Source: Coprothermobacterota bacterium (GTDB taxonomy: Bacteria; Coprothermobacterota; Coprothermobacteria; Coprothermobacterales; Coprothermobacteraceae). From it: a stretch of DNA of 64,000 bases. Positions 49,444 to 59,671 of the stretch are shown piece after piece. A program made the position numbers and the translations under genes. The stretch is from contig JAZIGN010000001.1 in NCBI GenBank assembly GCA_036679065.1, positions 224,001 to 288,000 of the forward strand. The letters are read 5' to 3'. Numbering within the stretch: position 1 is the first letter of the stretch; every line of letters begins with the position of its first letter. The notes beneath the pieces are model-generated. The model was not told the origin of the DNA and did not search any database. It saw only the letters and a list, made by a program, of their open reading frames with translations.

Positions 49444-51156
49444 ATGAAAATAGGATTAGCTCAAATAAACCCAAAAGTCGGTGACTTTAATGGTAATAAA
49501 CAGAAAATTCTTCATGCTCTCGATGCGCTAAAAGAAGCGGAAATTGTTGTGTTTCCTGAACTTGCTTTAACCGGGTACCCTCCAGAAGATCTTTTGTTTA
49601 ACAGAGATTTTCTACAACAAAGCCAGCAGGCTCTACGTGAAATAGCACGGTCAGTTCCGCGTAATCAAGTGGTTATTCTGGGAGCACCCGAGAAGGAAGG
49701 CACAGACCTCTACAATAGTGCATTCCTTATCAATGGGGGAGAGATTGTCGGCAGTCACAGAAAGGTACTTCTGCCGAACTATGATGTTTTCGACGAAATG
49801 CGCTACTTCAAGGCTGGGACTACTGGTACTGTTTTGAGGTTTGCGAATACATCAGTGGGAGTAGTGGTATGTGAAGATCTTTGGCACCCAGATGGACCTG
49901 CGCAGTGGGCTGCAGCTACTGGCTTGTCCACTTTAATAAGCATAAACGCGTCACCTTACGAACACAAAAAGCTGAACAACCGTTTAAGCTTGCTCAAGCA
50001 TTTAGCTAAGTCCCTTAATGTAAACGTTGTTTACGTAAACATGGTTGGGGGCCAAGACGAGCTATTGTTTGATGGAGCAAGCTTAGTAGTTCTGAATAAT
50101 GGCGGTCTCATTTGTTCACTACCTTTTTTCGAAGAAAGCCTTTGTGTGGCTGATTTGCCTGTAACCCTAAAAGAGAACGTAACTGCGATTTTATCTAGCA
50201 AGTTAGAAGAAGAAGAAACAAAGGTGAAGACCATCTCAATAGATGCAGTAGTCTCTGACTCAACACAGGTAGCGCAGAACGTAATGATACCTGAAGATGA
50301 TATCGCTAACCTCTACAAGGGGTTAGTTTTTGCTATAAGGGAGTATGTGCATAAACAGGGTTTCAAAGGTGTGATTGTGCCAGTGTCCGGTGGAATTGAT
50401 AGTGCATTGGTTGCCGCCTTGAGCGTAGATGCTTTGGGCCCTGATAAAGTGAAGCTTATTTATCTGCCTACACGATTCAATCGCCCAGAATCTTTTGAAG
50501 ATACCAATTCGCTGGCCACTAACCTAGGGTGCACACTTTCGGTAGTTGAGATCGACCATATTCTCCAAACCTATGAAGAGGTGTTAAGAGAAAAGTTTCA
50601 AAAACAGACGTTCGATGTCGCCGACGAAAACCTTCAGGCAAGGATAAGAGCCAATATAGCTTTTTACCTTTCGAATATGACAGGGTATTTGGTTATGTCC
50701 TGCTCCAATAAGAGTGAATCGGCTGTTGGCTATGGAACCATTTACGGCGATATGGCTGGTGGGTTTGCTCCTATCAGGGATGTGTTTAAAACTCAGGTGT
50801 ATGAGCTTGCTCGGTACAGGAATTCCATGAAACCTGTAATCCCAGAGCGCACATTGATGCGCGAACCTTCAGCTGAGCTCAACGTAAACCAAAAGGATCA
50901 GGATGTTCTGCCACCATATGAAGTGCTCGATTCTCTGTTAGAGGATTATGTGGTTGATAACCTGCCTTTTGCTGAGCTTGCCCGCAAGTATGGAGAAGAA
51001 ATCACAAACAAGGTTCTGCGTATGGTCAAAAGTAGCGAGTTTAAGAGGAAACAAACTCCGGTAGCTCCTAAAGTATCCAGGCGTAACTTCGGAAAAGGTT
51101 GGAGAATGCCCATCGTTAATGGATTCAACCCAGACCGTGACACTGGCAGGGAATAA
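49444..51156 (+). CDS. nadE: glutamine-dependent NAD(+) synthetase
   Basis: nitrilase domain (FPEL..TGYPPEDL, K..LPNY.VFDE.RYF, CEDLW) plus SGGIDS, EN.QARIR, NKSE, PSAEL. Confidence 0.96.
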   Translation: MKIGLAQINPKVGDFNGNKQKILHALDALKEAEIVVFPELALTGYPPEDLLFNRDFLQQSQQALREIARSVPRNQVVILGAPEKEGTDLYNSAFLINGGEIVGSHRKVLLPNYDVFDEMRYFKAGTTGTVLRFANTSVGVVVCEDLWHPDGPAQWAAATGLSTLISINASPYEHKKLNNRLSLLKHLAKSLNVNVVYVNMVGGQDELLFDGASLVVLNNGGLICSLPFFEESLCVADLPVTLKENVTAILSSKLEEEETKVKTISIDAVVSDSTQVAQNVMIPEDDIANLYKGLVFAIREYVHKQGFKGVIVPVSGGIDSALVAALSVDALGPDKVKLIYLPTRFNRPESFEDTNSLATNLGCTLSVVEIDHILQTYEEVLREKFQKQTFDVADENLQARIRANIAFYLSNMTGYLVMSCSNKSESAVGYGTIYGDMAGGFAPIRDVFKTQVYELARYRNSMKPVIPERTLMREPSAELNVNQKDQDVLPPYEVLDSLLEDYVVDNLPFAELARKYGEEITNKVLRMVKSSEFKRKQTPVAPKVSRRNFGKGWRMPIVNGFNPDRDTGRE

Positions 51157-51174
51157 TGGTATAATAAATTTCTG

Positions 51175-51252
51175 CGGGGCGTAGCGCAGCTTGGTTAGCG
51201 CGCTTGCCTTGGGAGCAAGAGGTCGGCGGTTCGAATCCGCCCGCCCCGACCA
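51175..51252 (+). tRNA. tRNA-Pro(TGG)
   Basis: CGGGGCG/CGCCCCG; CTTGC-CT-TGG-GA-GCAAG; CCA; TGgTATAAT upstream. Confidence 0.97.
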
Positions 51253-51256
51253 GGAT

Positions 51257-51333
51257 GGGCCCGTAGCTCAACTGGACAGAGCATCGGCCTTCTAAGCCGA
51301 GGGCTGCAGGTTCGAGTCCTGCCGGGCTCACCA
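51257..51333 (+). tRNA. tRNA-Arg(TCT)
   Basis: TCGGC-CT-TCT-AA-GCCGA; CCA. Confidence 0.97.
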
Positions 51334-51337
51334 AGAT

Positions 51338-51415
51338 GGTGAGCGTAGCTCAACTGGTCAGAGCACCAGACTGTGGATCTGGGGGCTGGGGGTTCGAGTC
51401 CCCTCGCTCACCCCA
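51338..51415 (+). tRNA. tRNA-His(GTG), including encoded G-1
   Basis: CCAGA-CT-GTG-GA-TCTGG; C73 discriminator; CCA. Confidence 0.97.
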
Positions 51416-51423
51416 TACGTAAT

Positions 51424-51500
51424 GGGCCCGTAGCTCAGGTGGATAGAGCGACAGCCTCCTAAGCTGTAGGCCGCAGGTTCGAGTCCTGCCGGGCTCACCA
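51424..51500 (+). tRNA. tRNA-Arg(CCT)
   Basis: ACAGC-CT-CCT-AA-GCTGT; CCA. Confidence 0.97.
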
Positions 51501-51506
51501 CTAGCC

Positions 51507-51583
51507 GCGCCTGTGGCTCAATTGGATAGAGCAGCGGACTTCGGATCCGCAGGCTGGGGGTTCGAGTCCCTCCAGGCGCGCCA
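51507..51583 (+). tRNA. tRNA-Arg(TCG)
   Basis: GCGGA-CT-TCG-GA-TCCGC; CCA. Confidence 0.96.
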
Positions 51584-51648
51584 ACGATTCCTTAAAAGCA
51601 TTTTTACTACTATACTAGCCAAATTAACCAACAATCCTTTAGTCGGTC

Positions 51649-51996
51649 TTATTTCCTTTTTTGTTTTTTTTCGATAAGACCTTCAGTGTATAAAATACCG
51701 TCCAAATTAAGGAGCCAGTCGTGAGGCTTGTCCATGCTTCGCGCATCAATGATCAAACCTCTTTGTTCTGCAGCTCTAACTGCATCAAATATCTCAGATT
51801 TACTGAGGCCAGTTTCCTTTTGAAGAGACTCGAGATCCACTGAATAAGCACCGTTGCCTCCAAGAGAATAAATTGCAATCAAGACTCTATCGAGATTTTG
51901 TTCTTTCTGGTTTTGCTGCTTCTTCATACAATGTTTATTTAAGAGCTCAAGGAAATACCGCATTGTCTCAAGGATATACAAAATTTTCTCAATCAT
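51649..51996 (-). CDS. hypothetical protein, winged-helix-like
   Basis: VL.AIY..., L.KETGLSKSEIFDAV..AE.RGLI, L...G..Y pattern; start uncertain. Confidence 0.6.
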   Translation of the reverse strand: MIEKILYILETMRYFLELLNKHCMKKQQNQKEQNLDRVLIAIYSLGGNGAYSVDLESLQKETGLSKSEIFDAVRAAEQRGLIIDARSMDKPHDWLLNLDGILYTEGLIEKKQKRK

Positions 51997-52338
51997 ATCT
52001 CTACCCCATTACACTAATAGTTATACGCATATTACATATTACGATATTACTACAAATATGACGCAAAACCTAATATACTCTACTCTAAATGTTAATGTTC
52101 TGCAAGTAGAACAGCGCATGGCCATGACTTCTATGACATTTTAATGCATAGAGGAGTGTTCTGAGCTGGCTGTGGTGGTCGAAGTAAGCGAGATTGCGGT
52201 TCTTCCTCAAAAAAACTGACACATACTCTCGGGCAACATAGAAAAAAATGCACAAAATCATCATTCTTTTTTGTATAATTGCATTAAGTGGGTTGTTTAG
52301 TTTAATGAAACAACTTTATGAAAACGGAGTTGATGTGA

Positions 52339-53889
52339 GTGGCGAGAAACCGGGGGAACAACACGCAAGAAGAATCTCTTGAAAGGCAGCTCTGGAAAGC
52401 TGCTGACAAATTGCGGAAGAACATCGATGCAGCTGAATACAAACACGTGGTTTTAGGCCTTATATTCTTACGGTACATATCAGAAGCCTTTGAAGAGTTG
52501 TACGTGAAACTTGAATCAGGCGAAGGAGAATACGAAGGAGCCGACCCGGAAGACAGAGATGAATATAAGGCAGAAAACGTCTTTTTCGTCCCAGCGGAAG
52601 CTAGATGGTCTTACCTTCAATCAATGGCAAAACAGCCAGAGATAGGCAAAATTGTAGATAATGCAATGGATGCGATCGAAAAAGAAAATCCCTCTCTTAA
52701 AGGGGTCTTGCCCAAGGTATACGCGCGGGGCAACCTAGACCCAACAAGTCTCGGCGGGCTAATAGATCTTTTTAGCAAAACTTCCCTTAAAGAAGCTAAA
52801 TCGAGAAGTGGCGATGTTTTAGGCCATGTATTTGAGTACTTTTTAGGTGAGTTTGCGCTGGCGGAAGGAAAAAAAGGAGGACAATTCTATACTCCGAGGA
52901 CTGTTGTCGAGCTGTTGGTTGAGATGCTTGAGCCATATAACGGGAGGGTGTTTGACCCATGCTGCGGCTCTGGCGGGATGTTTGTTCAATCTGAAAAGTT
53001 TGTAGCTGAGCACCAAGGAAGGATGAACGACATATCCATCTATGGCCAGGAAAGTAATCTGACCACATGGCGGCTTTGCAAAATGAATTTAGCCATAAGA
53101 GGCATTGACAGCTCGCAAGTGCTTTGGAACAGTGAGGGGTCATTCTTGAACGATGCCCACAAGGACTTGAAGGCAGACTACGTCATCGCTAATCCGCCCT
53201 TTAACGACAGCGATTGGGGAGGGGAACTGCTCAGTAACGACGCCCGATGGAAATACGGTGTGCCGCCCGTTGGAAATGCAAATTACGCCTGGATTCAACA
53301 CTTCATATATCACCTTGCGCCAACGGGAGTGGCTGGGTTTGTCATGGCTAAAGGGTCGCTTACGTCGAAAAGTTCGGGTGAGGGTGAGATCAGAAAAGCA
53401 ATTATAGAGGATCGCCTCGTTGACTGCATAGTAAACTTACCGCCAAAGCTTTTCTTGAACACGCAGATTCCGGCTTGTCTTTGGTTCTTAAGTAGAAATA
53501 AGGCCAACGGAAAATACAGAAGCAGAACCGATGAAATACTTTTTATCGACGCAAGAAATATGGGATATCTCATCAATCGAAGGACGCGTGCACTGTCGCG
53601 AGAGGACATAGAAAAAATCGCCAATACCTACCACAACTGGCGCAACCCAAATGGCAACTATGAGGACGTGAAAGGGTTTTGCAAATCCGCAACCATAGAT
53701 GAAGTGCGACAGCTTGATTATGTGCTCACTCCCGGTCGTTACGTTGGTTTGCCTGAAGAGGAAGATGACTTTGACTTTAAGGAGCGATTTACAAAGCTTA
53801 AAGCCGAGTGGGAAGAGCAACTCAAAGAAGAAGCAAGGCTTAACGCACTCATCGCCGAAAACCTGAAAAAGGTGATGCTAGATGAGTAA
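52339..53889 (+). CDS. hsdM: type I R-M methyltransferase subunit M
   Basis: [21 protein letters not shown] (motif I), ANPPF (motif IV). Confidence 0.96.
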   Translation: MARNRGNNTQEESLERQLWKAADKLRKNIDAAEYKHVVLGLIFLRYISEAFEELYVKLESGEGEYEGADPEDRDEYKAENVFFVPAEARWSYLQSMAKQPEIGKIVDNAMDAIEKENPSLKGVLPKVYARGNLDPTSLGGLIDLFSKTSLKEAKSRSGDVLGHVFEYFLGEFALAEGKKGGQFYTPRTVVELLVEMLEPYNGRVFDPCCGSGGMFVQSEKFVAEHQGRMNDISIYGQESNLTTWRLCKMNLAIRGIDSSQVLWNSEGSFLNDAHKDLKADYVIANPPFNDSDWGGELLSNDARWKYGVPPVGNANYAWIQHFIYHLAPTGVAGFVMAKGSLTSKSSGEGEIRKAIIEDRLVDCIVNLPPKLFLNTQIPACLWFLSRNKANGKYRSRTDEILFIDARNMGYLINRRTRALSREDIEKIANTYHNWRNPNGNYEDVKGFCKSATIDEVRQLDYVLTPGRYVGLPEEEDDFDFKERFTKLKAEWEEQLKEEARLNALIAENLKKVMLDE

Positions 53890-54979
53890 CAAAGTGCCGA
53901 ATGGGTGGAAACAGTGTAAGTTAGGGGAAGTCGCTACCATCAAAACTGGCCAGACAAATTCGGTGGATGCTGTTGCTGATGGTGTATATCCACTGTTTGA
54001 CAGATCAAAGGATGTTAAGAGGAGTTCGAAATACTTGTTTGATTGTGAAGCGGTAATAGTGCCAGGAGAAGGTAAAGACTTCGTGCCTAGGTATTACAAA
54101 GGAAAATTTGACTTACATCAAAGAGCATACGCAGTGATCCCTAATGAGCAAGTGTGTGATGGTAGATACTGTTATTACGCTCTTTTGGATGGTCGAAGTT
54201 ACTTTTCTTTAGTGGCAGTAGGAAGCACTGTTATGTCTTTGAGATTATCAACTTTTGAATCATTTGATATCCTTCTTCCTCCTCTTCCCGAGCAGCGCGC
54301 CATTGCGTCCGTCCTTTCCAGTCTCGACGACAAAATAGATTTGCTCCACCGAGAAAACAAGACGCTTGAAGCTATGGCAGAGACGCTCTTTCGGCAATGG
54401 TTTATTGAGGAGGCTAAGGATGACTGGGAACATACCAAACTGGGCGAAGTTGTAACAATTACTTATGGTAAAAATCTACCAATAAAAAAGTTGCTAAGGA
54501 GTGGTTACCCTGTATTTGGAGGCAATGGTCAAATTGGTTTTTATAACAAATATTTATATGTTGAACCACAGGTTTTGGTTTCTTGTAGAGGAGAAGCGTC
54601 AGGGAAAGTTAACATTAGCTTGCCTAGATCATTCATCACGAATAATTCTCTAATTTTGGTACGGGATAAAAGAAAAGAGATAACTTTTGAATACCTAAAA
54701 TATCACTCTTTAAACTATGATTTTACTCTTCACGTATCAGGCTCTGCACAACCACAAATAACAATTGATAGTTTGTATGATGCAGCATTTTTAATTCCGC
54801 CAGTTGATTTGATTAATAAATTTACTGAAATTGTTAGAGGATACGAAGAAAAGCGCACTAATAACTTGAAACAAATCCACACCCTCGAAAAGCTCCGCGA
54901 TACATTGCTTCCTAAACTGATGAGCGGCGAAGTAAGGGTGAAATATGAGGAAGAGGAGATGGCGTCATGTCGCGCATAA
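53882..54979 (+). CDS. hsdS: type I R-M specificity subunit S
   Basis: VP.GW...KLGEV, two TRDs, [29 protein letters not shown]. Confidence 0.94.
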   Translation: MSNKVPNGWKQCKLGEVATIKTGQTNSVDAVADGVYPLFDRSKDVKRSSKYLFDCEAVIVPGEGKDFVPRYYKGKFDLHQRAYAVIPNEQVCDGRYCYYALLDGRSYFSLVAVGSTVMSLRLSTFESFDILLPPLPEQRAIASVLSSLDDKIDLLHRENKTLEAMAETLFRQWFIEEAKDDWEHTKLGEVVTITYGKNLPIKKLLRSGYPVFGGNGQIGFYNKYLYVEPQVLVSCRGEASGKVNISLPRSFITNNSLILVRDKRKEITFEYLKYHSLNYDFTLHVSGSAQPQITIDSLYDAAFLIPPVDLINKFTEIVRGYEEKRTNNLKQIHTLEKLRDTLLPKLMSGEVRVKYEEEEMASCRA

Positions 54980-57900
54980 CAGAATCCGCTATCGAGAACT
55001 TTGTCATAGAGTTACTCATATCTCAAGGCTATCAGTACATCGGCGGTCCGGACATCGCTCCTGACGGTAGTAAACCGGAAAGAGCAACCTTTGGAGATGT
55101 AATTTTGTTTGGCCGACTGCTAAAGGCCATCGAGCGGATAAACCCTCATATACCGACAGAGGCAAGAAAAGATGTTGTCAGACAGCTTCAACAGTTCAGT
55201 GCGCCCGACCTTATCGCCAACAATGAAGCCTTTCACAGGATGCTCACGGAAGGGGTAAAGGTCAGCTACAACAAGGACGGCATCGAAAGAGGCGACCTGG
55301 CGTGGCTGATAGACTTTAACAACCCGGAAAATAACGACTTTCTTGTCGTTAATCAGTTTACAGTTATTGAAAACAACATCAACAAGCGGCCTGATGCGAT
55401 CATCTTTGTTAACGGTCTGCCCTTAGTCGTAATCGAGCTTAAAAACCCAGCTGACGAGAATGCGACGCTAAGGTCTGCTTTTAATCAAATTCAAACCTAC
55501 AAACAGATGATACCGAGCCTGTTTATATACAACGTATTTATAGTCATCTCTGACGGCCTGGAGGCCAAAGCCGGCACGATTTCATCAGGCTTCAGCCACT
55601 TTATGGCGTGGAAATCAATTGACGGCAAGACTGATGCCTCGCATCTGATCAGTCAAATAGAAACGCTCGTCAAAGGTATGTTGAATATCCCCACATTGCT
55701 TGATATAACGCGTTTCTTCATTGTTTTCGATAAAACAAAAACCGAGGATAAGGAAACTGGCCTTACAACCATAAAGACCGTGAAGAAGCTTGCCTTTTAT
55801 CACCAATACTTCGCTGTAAACAAAGCAGTGGAAAGCGTAATGAGGGCAGCATCCGAAGGCGGGGACAGAAAGGGCGGCGTCATCTGGCATACGCAGGGCA
55901 GCGGCAAGTCTCTCACTATGGCCTTTTTGGCCGGCAAACTTATTCTTAAGCTAAATAACCCGACAATAGTTGTAATTACCGATAGAAACGACCTTGACGA
56001 TCAGCTATATGCTACCTTCGTAGCTTGCAAACAGCTTCTTAGGCAAGATCCGGTCCAAGCTCAAAGCAGGGATGACTTAAAACAGCTTTTGCGCGTTTCA
56101 TCCGGCGGAGTGGTCTTTACGACTATGCAAAAGTTCTGGCCCGAGGAGGGAAACGTCTATCCTATGCTTTCAGACAGGCGAAATATCGTCGTCTTCGTCG
56201 ACGAAGCACATAGGACGCAATACGGTTTTAAGGCAAGAACTATAGACGAGAAAGACGAACAGGGCAAAGTTATCGGCAACAAAGTTGTATATGGTTTGGC
56301 AAAATATCTGCGCGACGCCCTGCCAAACGCAACCTACATGGGGTTTACTGGCACGCCCATTGAAAAGGAAGACCGCAACACACCAGCAGTCTTCGGAAGC
56401 TATGTCGATATATACGATATAGCTCAAGCTCAAGAAGATGGCGCAACAGTCAAAATCTACTATGAAAGTAGATTAGCGAAAATTGGATTAAGTGAAGAAG
56501 GCAAGAAGCTGATCAAGGAGCTTGACGAAGACTTGGCGCTCGAGGACTTGTCGGACACTCAGAAAGCCAAATGGACGCAGCTTGAGGCCTTGATCGGGAG
56601 TAGAGAACGCTTAAGACAGATCGCAAAAGATATAGTGGGCCATTTTGAGGAGCGTCAGAAAGTCTTTGAGGGCAAGGGCATGATCGTTACAGCATCAAGA
56701 CGCATAGCTGCAGATCTTTACGATGAGATCATACGGTTAAGGCCTGAATGGCATGATGACGACATCAAAAAGGGGGCTATCAAGGTAGTTATTACATCAT
56801 CATCTTCAGACGGACCTGCCATAGCAAAGCATCATACGACAAAAGAACAAAGACGAGTGCTGGCAGATCGCATGAAGGATCCAAAAGATGAGCTTAAGCT
56901 TGTCATCGTTTGCGATATGTGGCTTACGGGGTTTGATGTTCCCTGCCTTCATACGATGTACCTCGACAAACCGATGAAAGGCCACACCCTAATGCAAGCT
57001 ATTGCGAGGGTGAACCGCGTCTATAAAGACAAGCCCGGAGGACTGATTGTGGACTACTTGGGCGTTGCGGCAGACTTGAAAGAGGCCTTGGCCTTCTATT
57101 CGGAAAGTGGCGGAAGGGGAGACCCCGTCGTCCTTCAGGAAGAGGCTGTGAAGGTTATGAAAGAAAAGCTAGAGATTGTCTCTCAGATGTTCCACGGGTT
57201 TGACTATAGGAGCTATTTTACGGCGGACACATCACAGAAGCTTTCTATAATCCTTGCGGCGGAAGAGCACATCCTTGGCCTTGAGGATGGCAAGAAGCGG
57301 TTTATTGAGCAGGTTACGGCGCTATCAAAAGCCTTTTCCATAGCTGTTCCCCATGAAGAAGCCATGGCCGTCAAAGACGAAGTGGCATTTTTCCAAGCAG
57401 TAAAGGCTCGACTCGTCAAGTTCGACAGATCAGATGTGCGCAGGGGCGGTGAGGATTTAGAAACTGCAGTCAAGCAGGTCATCGACCAGGCACTTGTTAC
57501 AGAACCGGTAGTAGACATATTTGACGCCGCTGGTATAAAAAAGCCCGACATCTCCATACTTTCGGAAGAATTCCTCATGGAAGTAAAGAACATGCAGCAC
57601 AAGAACATAGCCTTAGAGACGTTAAAAAAGCTTCTCAACGATGAAATAAAAGCAAGGAGTAAAACAAACTTGGTCCAGAGCAGGACGCTAATGGAAATGC
57701 TCGAGAATTCCATCAAAAGGTATCAAAATAAGATAATTACTGCTTCAGAGGTTATCGAAGAGTTGATCGAGCTCGCTAGAAAAATCAAGGAAACGGACAA
57801 GATACCGGAAGAAATGGGATTGACGGATTATGAATATGCCTTCTATACAGCCATAGCCGACAACGAGAGTGCCAAAGAATTGATGGGAAAAGAAACTTTA

Positions 57901-58110
57901 CGCGAACTAGCTGTCGTTCTCTACGAGCAAGTAAAAAAGAATGCCACCATTGATTGGACCATAAAAGAGAGCGCAAGGGCTAAGCTAAGGGTAGTAGTGA
58001 AAAGAACTTTGCGGAAGTATGGCTATCCGCCAGATATGCAGGAGCTCGCAACAGAAACCGTCATAAAACAGGCGGAGCTGATTGCAGACCAGCTGATGCA
58101 GACGAGCTGA
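54967..58110 (+). CDS. hsdR: type I R-M restriction subunit R
   Basis: RPD....NGLPL..IELK nuclease, HTQGSGKS, DEAH, FTGTP, MWLTGFD, QAIARVNR. Confidence 0.96.
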   Translation: MSRITESAIENFVIELLISQGYQYIGGPDIAPDGSKPERATFGDVILFGRLLKAIERINPHIPTEARKDVVRQLQQFSAPDLIANNEAFHRMLTEGVKVSYNKDGIERGDLAWLIDFNNPENNDFLVVNQFTVIENNINKRPDAIIFVNGLPLVVIELKNPADENATLRSAFNQIQTYKQMIPSLFIYNVFIVISDGLEAKAGTISSGFSHFMAWKSIDGKTDASHLISQIETLVKGMLNIPTLLDITRFFIVFDKTKTEDKETGLTTIKTVKKLAFYHQYFAVNKAVESVMRAASEGGDRKGGVIWHTQGSGKSLTMAFLAGKLILKLNNPTIVVITDRNDLDDQLYATFVACKQLLRQDPVQAQSRDDLKQLLRVSSGGVVFTTMQKFWPEEGNVYPMLSDRRNIVVFVDEAHRTQYGFKARTIDEKDEQGKVIGNKVVYGLAKYLRDALPNATYMGFTGTPIEKEDRNTPAVFGSYVDIYDIAQAQEDGATVKIYYESRLAKIGLSEEGKKLIKELDEDLALEDLSDTQKAKWTQLEALIGSRERLRQIAKDIVGHFEERQKVFEGKGMIVTASRRIAADLYDEIIRLRPEWHDDDIKKGAIKVVITSSSSDGPAIAKHHTTKEQRRVLADRMKDPKDELKLVIVCDMWLTGFDVPCLHTMYLDKPMKGHTLMQAIARVNRVYKDKPGGLIVDYLGVAADLKEALAFYSESGGRGDPVVLQEEAVKVMKEKLEIVSQMFHGFDYRSYFTADTSQKLSIILAAEEHILGLEDGKKRFIEQVTALSKAFSIAVPHEEAMAVKDEVAFFQAVKARLVKFDRSDVRRGGEDLETAVKQVIDQALVTEPVVDIFDAAGIKKPDISILSEEFLMEVKNMQHKNIALETLKKLLNDEIKARSKTNLVQSRTLMEMLENSIKRYQNKIITASEVIEELIELARKIKETDKIPEEMGLTDYEYAFYTAIADNESAKELMGKETLRELAVVLYEQVKKNATIDWTIKESARAKLRVVVKRTLRKYGYPPDMQELATETVIKQAELIADQLMQTS

Positions 58111-58297
58111 TGCAAGTGAACCCTATAAAACCGATGGAAACATATTCGGCTTTAGGTGTAGTTGCTAGCGCAGAGGTAACAAAGTTTTGTAGAAAGGTTG
58201 CGAAAAGTACTTAAGCCTGGCAAGGTTCAAGGCTTATTTCTTTTTCCAAGAGAAATGCATCGCTGCATTCAAAGGTTTTTCCTAAATATTAATCGTC

Positions 58298-59671
58298 TCA
58301 TCTCTGCTCATTCTTATCGGGTTGGAGGGCGTAGGTATAAGCACCATCTTTCAATAAACATGCTGACAACATAGCTTGATCAAACCAATCATCTATTTGC
58401 TTTTCTTCAGTCATCGATATAAAGGGCTCTTTGGTGAGTATACGCATTATACAGGTGACCACTAGAGATCTAATCTTTGCGACATCGTCGTCAGTTACTT
58501 CATATAGGCCTGAGTGAACGATTTTCGACCTTATACCATATAATTCTCTGATTTCCTTTTTAATTTCTACCCGTTTTTCGGGTGTATCTCCAGCCAAAAG
58601 AGCCGTACGCATGCTTAATCGATATGTAAGTTCAACATCCTGTTGGCGTCCTAGCATTATGGTCTCAAGAGCAATCGCATAGTGGAGGAACGCTTCTTCG
58701 CGGCGTTGTTGTAGTTCTACCTCAGCTCTACCTGCCCATTGAATAGATGCTAATATTTTTTCCTCAATCTCCGTTCGGTGATCTGCTGCAAGGATTTTGC
58801 TTATACGACAAAAAACTGGGTCTTCTACTCCGGATGGTTCCATATCTTTCAAAGATATAGAGGCGAAAGGTCCTACGTACCTGAATGTAGAGTGACAAGA
58901 AGAACCCTCTATTTCGTAAGCTAATACAATTTCTTTCGCAGGTTGGAGTTCACCTACGAAATAGGCCCAAGCGAGAAGGCCAGGTCTGTTTATGAGTTTT
59001 GAACAGAAATTGACCACGTCCACGGCTAAACGCAATTCGCGCCACGCCGTGAAGCGTGCCGCTTCTGCGTCACAAGCGCTTACTTCTATCGATGCTATTG
59101 GATGATTAAGGAAATATTTATCAATATAGGAATTCAAAGATTCTGAAGGTACTGTCCCACGATCGGGGATGGCACCACACTTATCTTTCAATTCTCCAAG
59201 GTTATGTTCATCGGCTACCCAAAACCGAACTTTTCCAAATTTATATGACAGACCTTCTTTCGCTAACCCTTCAACGCGCATGTGCACTACCCAACGTTTT
59301 GGATTTACCTGGAGTTTGCTCTTTAGCTCTTTCACAGCCTCCGATAGGCGACTCTCAAATGGTTTATCACACCTCTTGTTGTTGAGATCCAATGCGTGCA
59401 AAATCGCTTCTTGCATTAGTATTTCAACAGCTCTTTTGCCATGTTTTTTTTGTATCTCTTTTGAGTTATATAATTCATCTAGACATTCCCGATATTCCTT
59501 TGCTTCTTTGTGATCAAGGACTACGTTACCTTCATCAGCGGATCCAAATAATACCCCAATTTCAAAAGGCTTTAACTCCCGCTCTTGTTCGCTGAGATCT
59601 CCCTTTCTGTGAAGGTTTGTTATAAAGCCCTTGAGCATGTTTAACGCACCATCTATTGAGTTTGAGGCCAT
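58298..59671 (-). CDS. HEPN domain-containing protein (ApeA-like), putative anti-phage RNase
   Basis: C-terminal ALE.........L.YRLS.R.A.L and LY.IRSKIVHSG (RxxxxH); ATG at 59671 after GGGGGTGA SD, TATAAT at 59699-59694. Confidence 0.8.
   Translation of the reverse strand: MASNSIDGALNMLKGFITNLHRKGDLSEQERELKPFEIGVLFGSADEGNVVLDHKEAKEYRECLDELYNSKEIQKKHGKRAVEILMQEAILHALDLNNKRCDKPFESRLSEAVKELKSKLQVNPKRWVVHMRVEGLAKEGLSYKFGKVRFWVADEHNLGELKDKCGAIPDRGTVPSESLNSYIDKYFLNHPIASIEVSACDAEAARFTAWRELRLAVDVVNFCSKLINRPGLLAWAYFVGELQPAKEIVLAYEIEGSSCHSTFRYVGPFASISLKDMEPSGVEDPVFCRISKILAADHRTEIEEKILASIQWAGRAEVELQQRREEAFLHYAIALETIMLGRQQDVELTYRLSMRTALLAGDTPEKRVEIKKEIRELYGIRSKIVHSGLYEVTDDDVAKIRSLVVTCIMRILTKEPFISMTEEKQIDDWFDQAMLSACLLKDGAYTYALQPDKNEQR

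Noticed and set aside
51125..51334. 69-aa minus-strand ORF
   Set aside because: Antisense shadow of tRNA-Pro and tRNA-Arg
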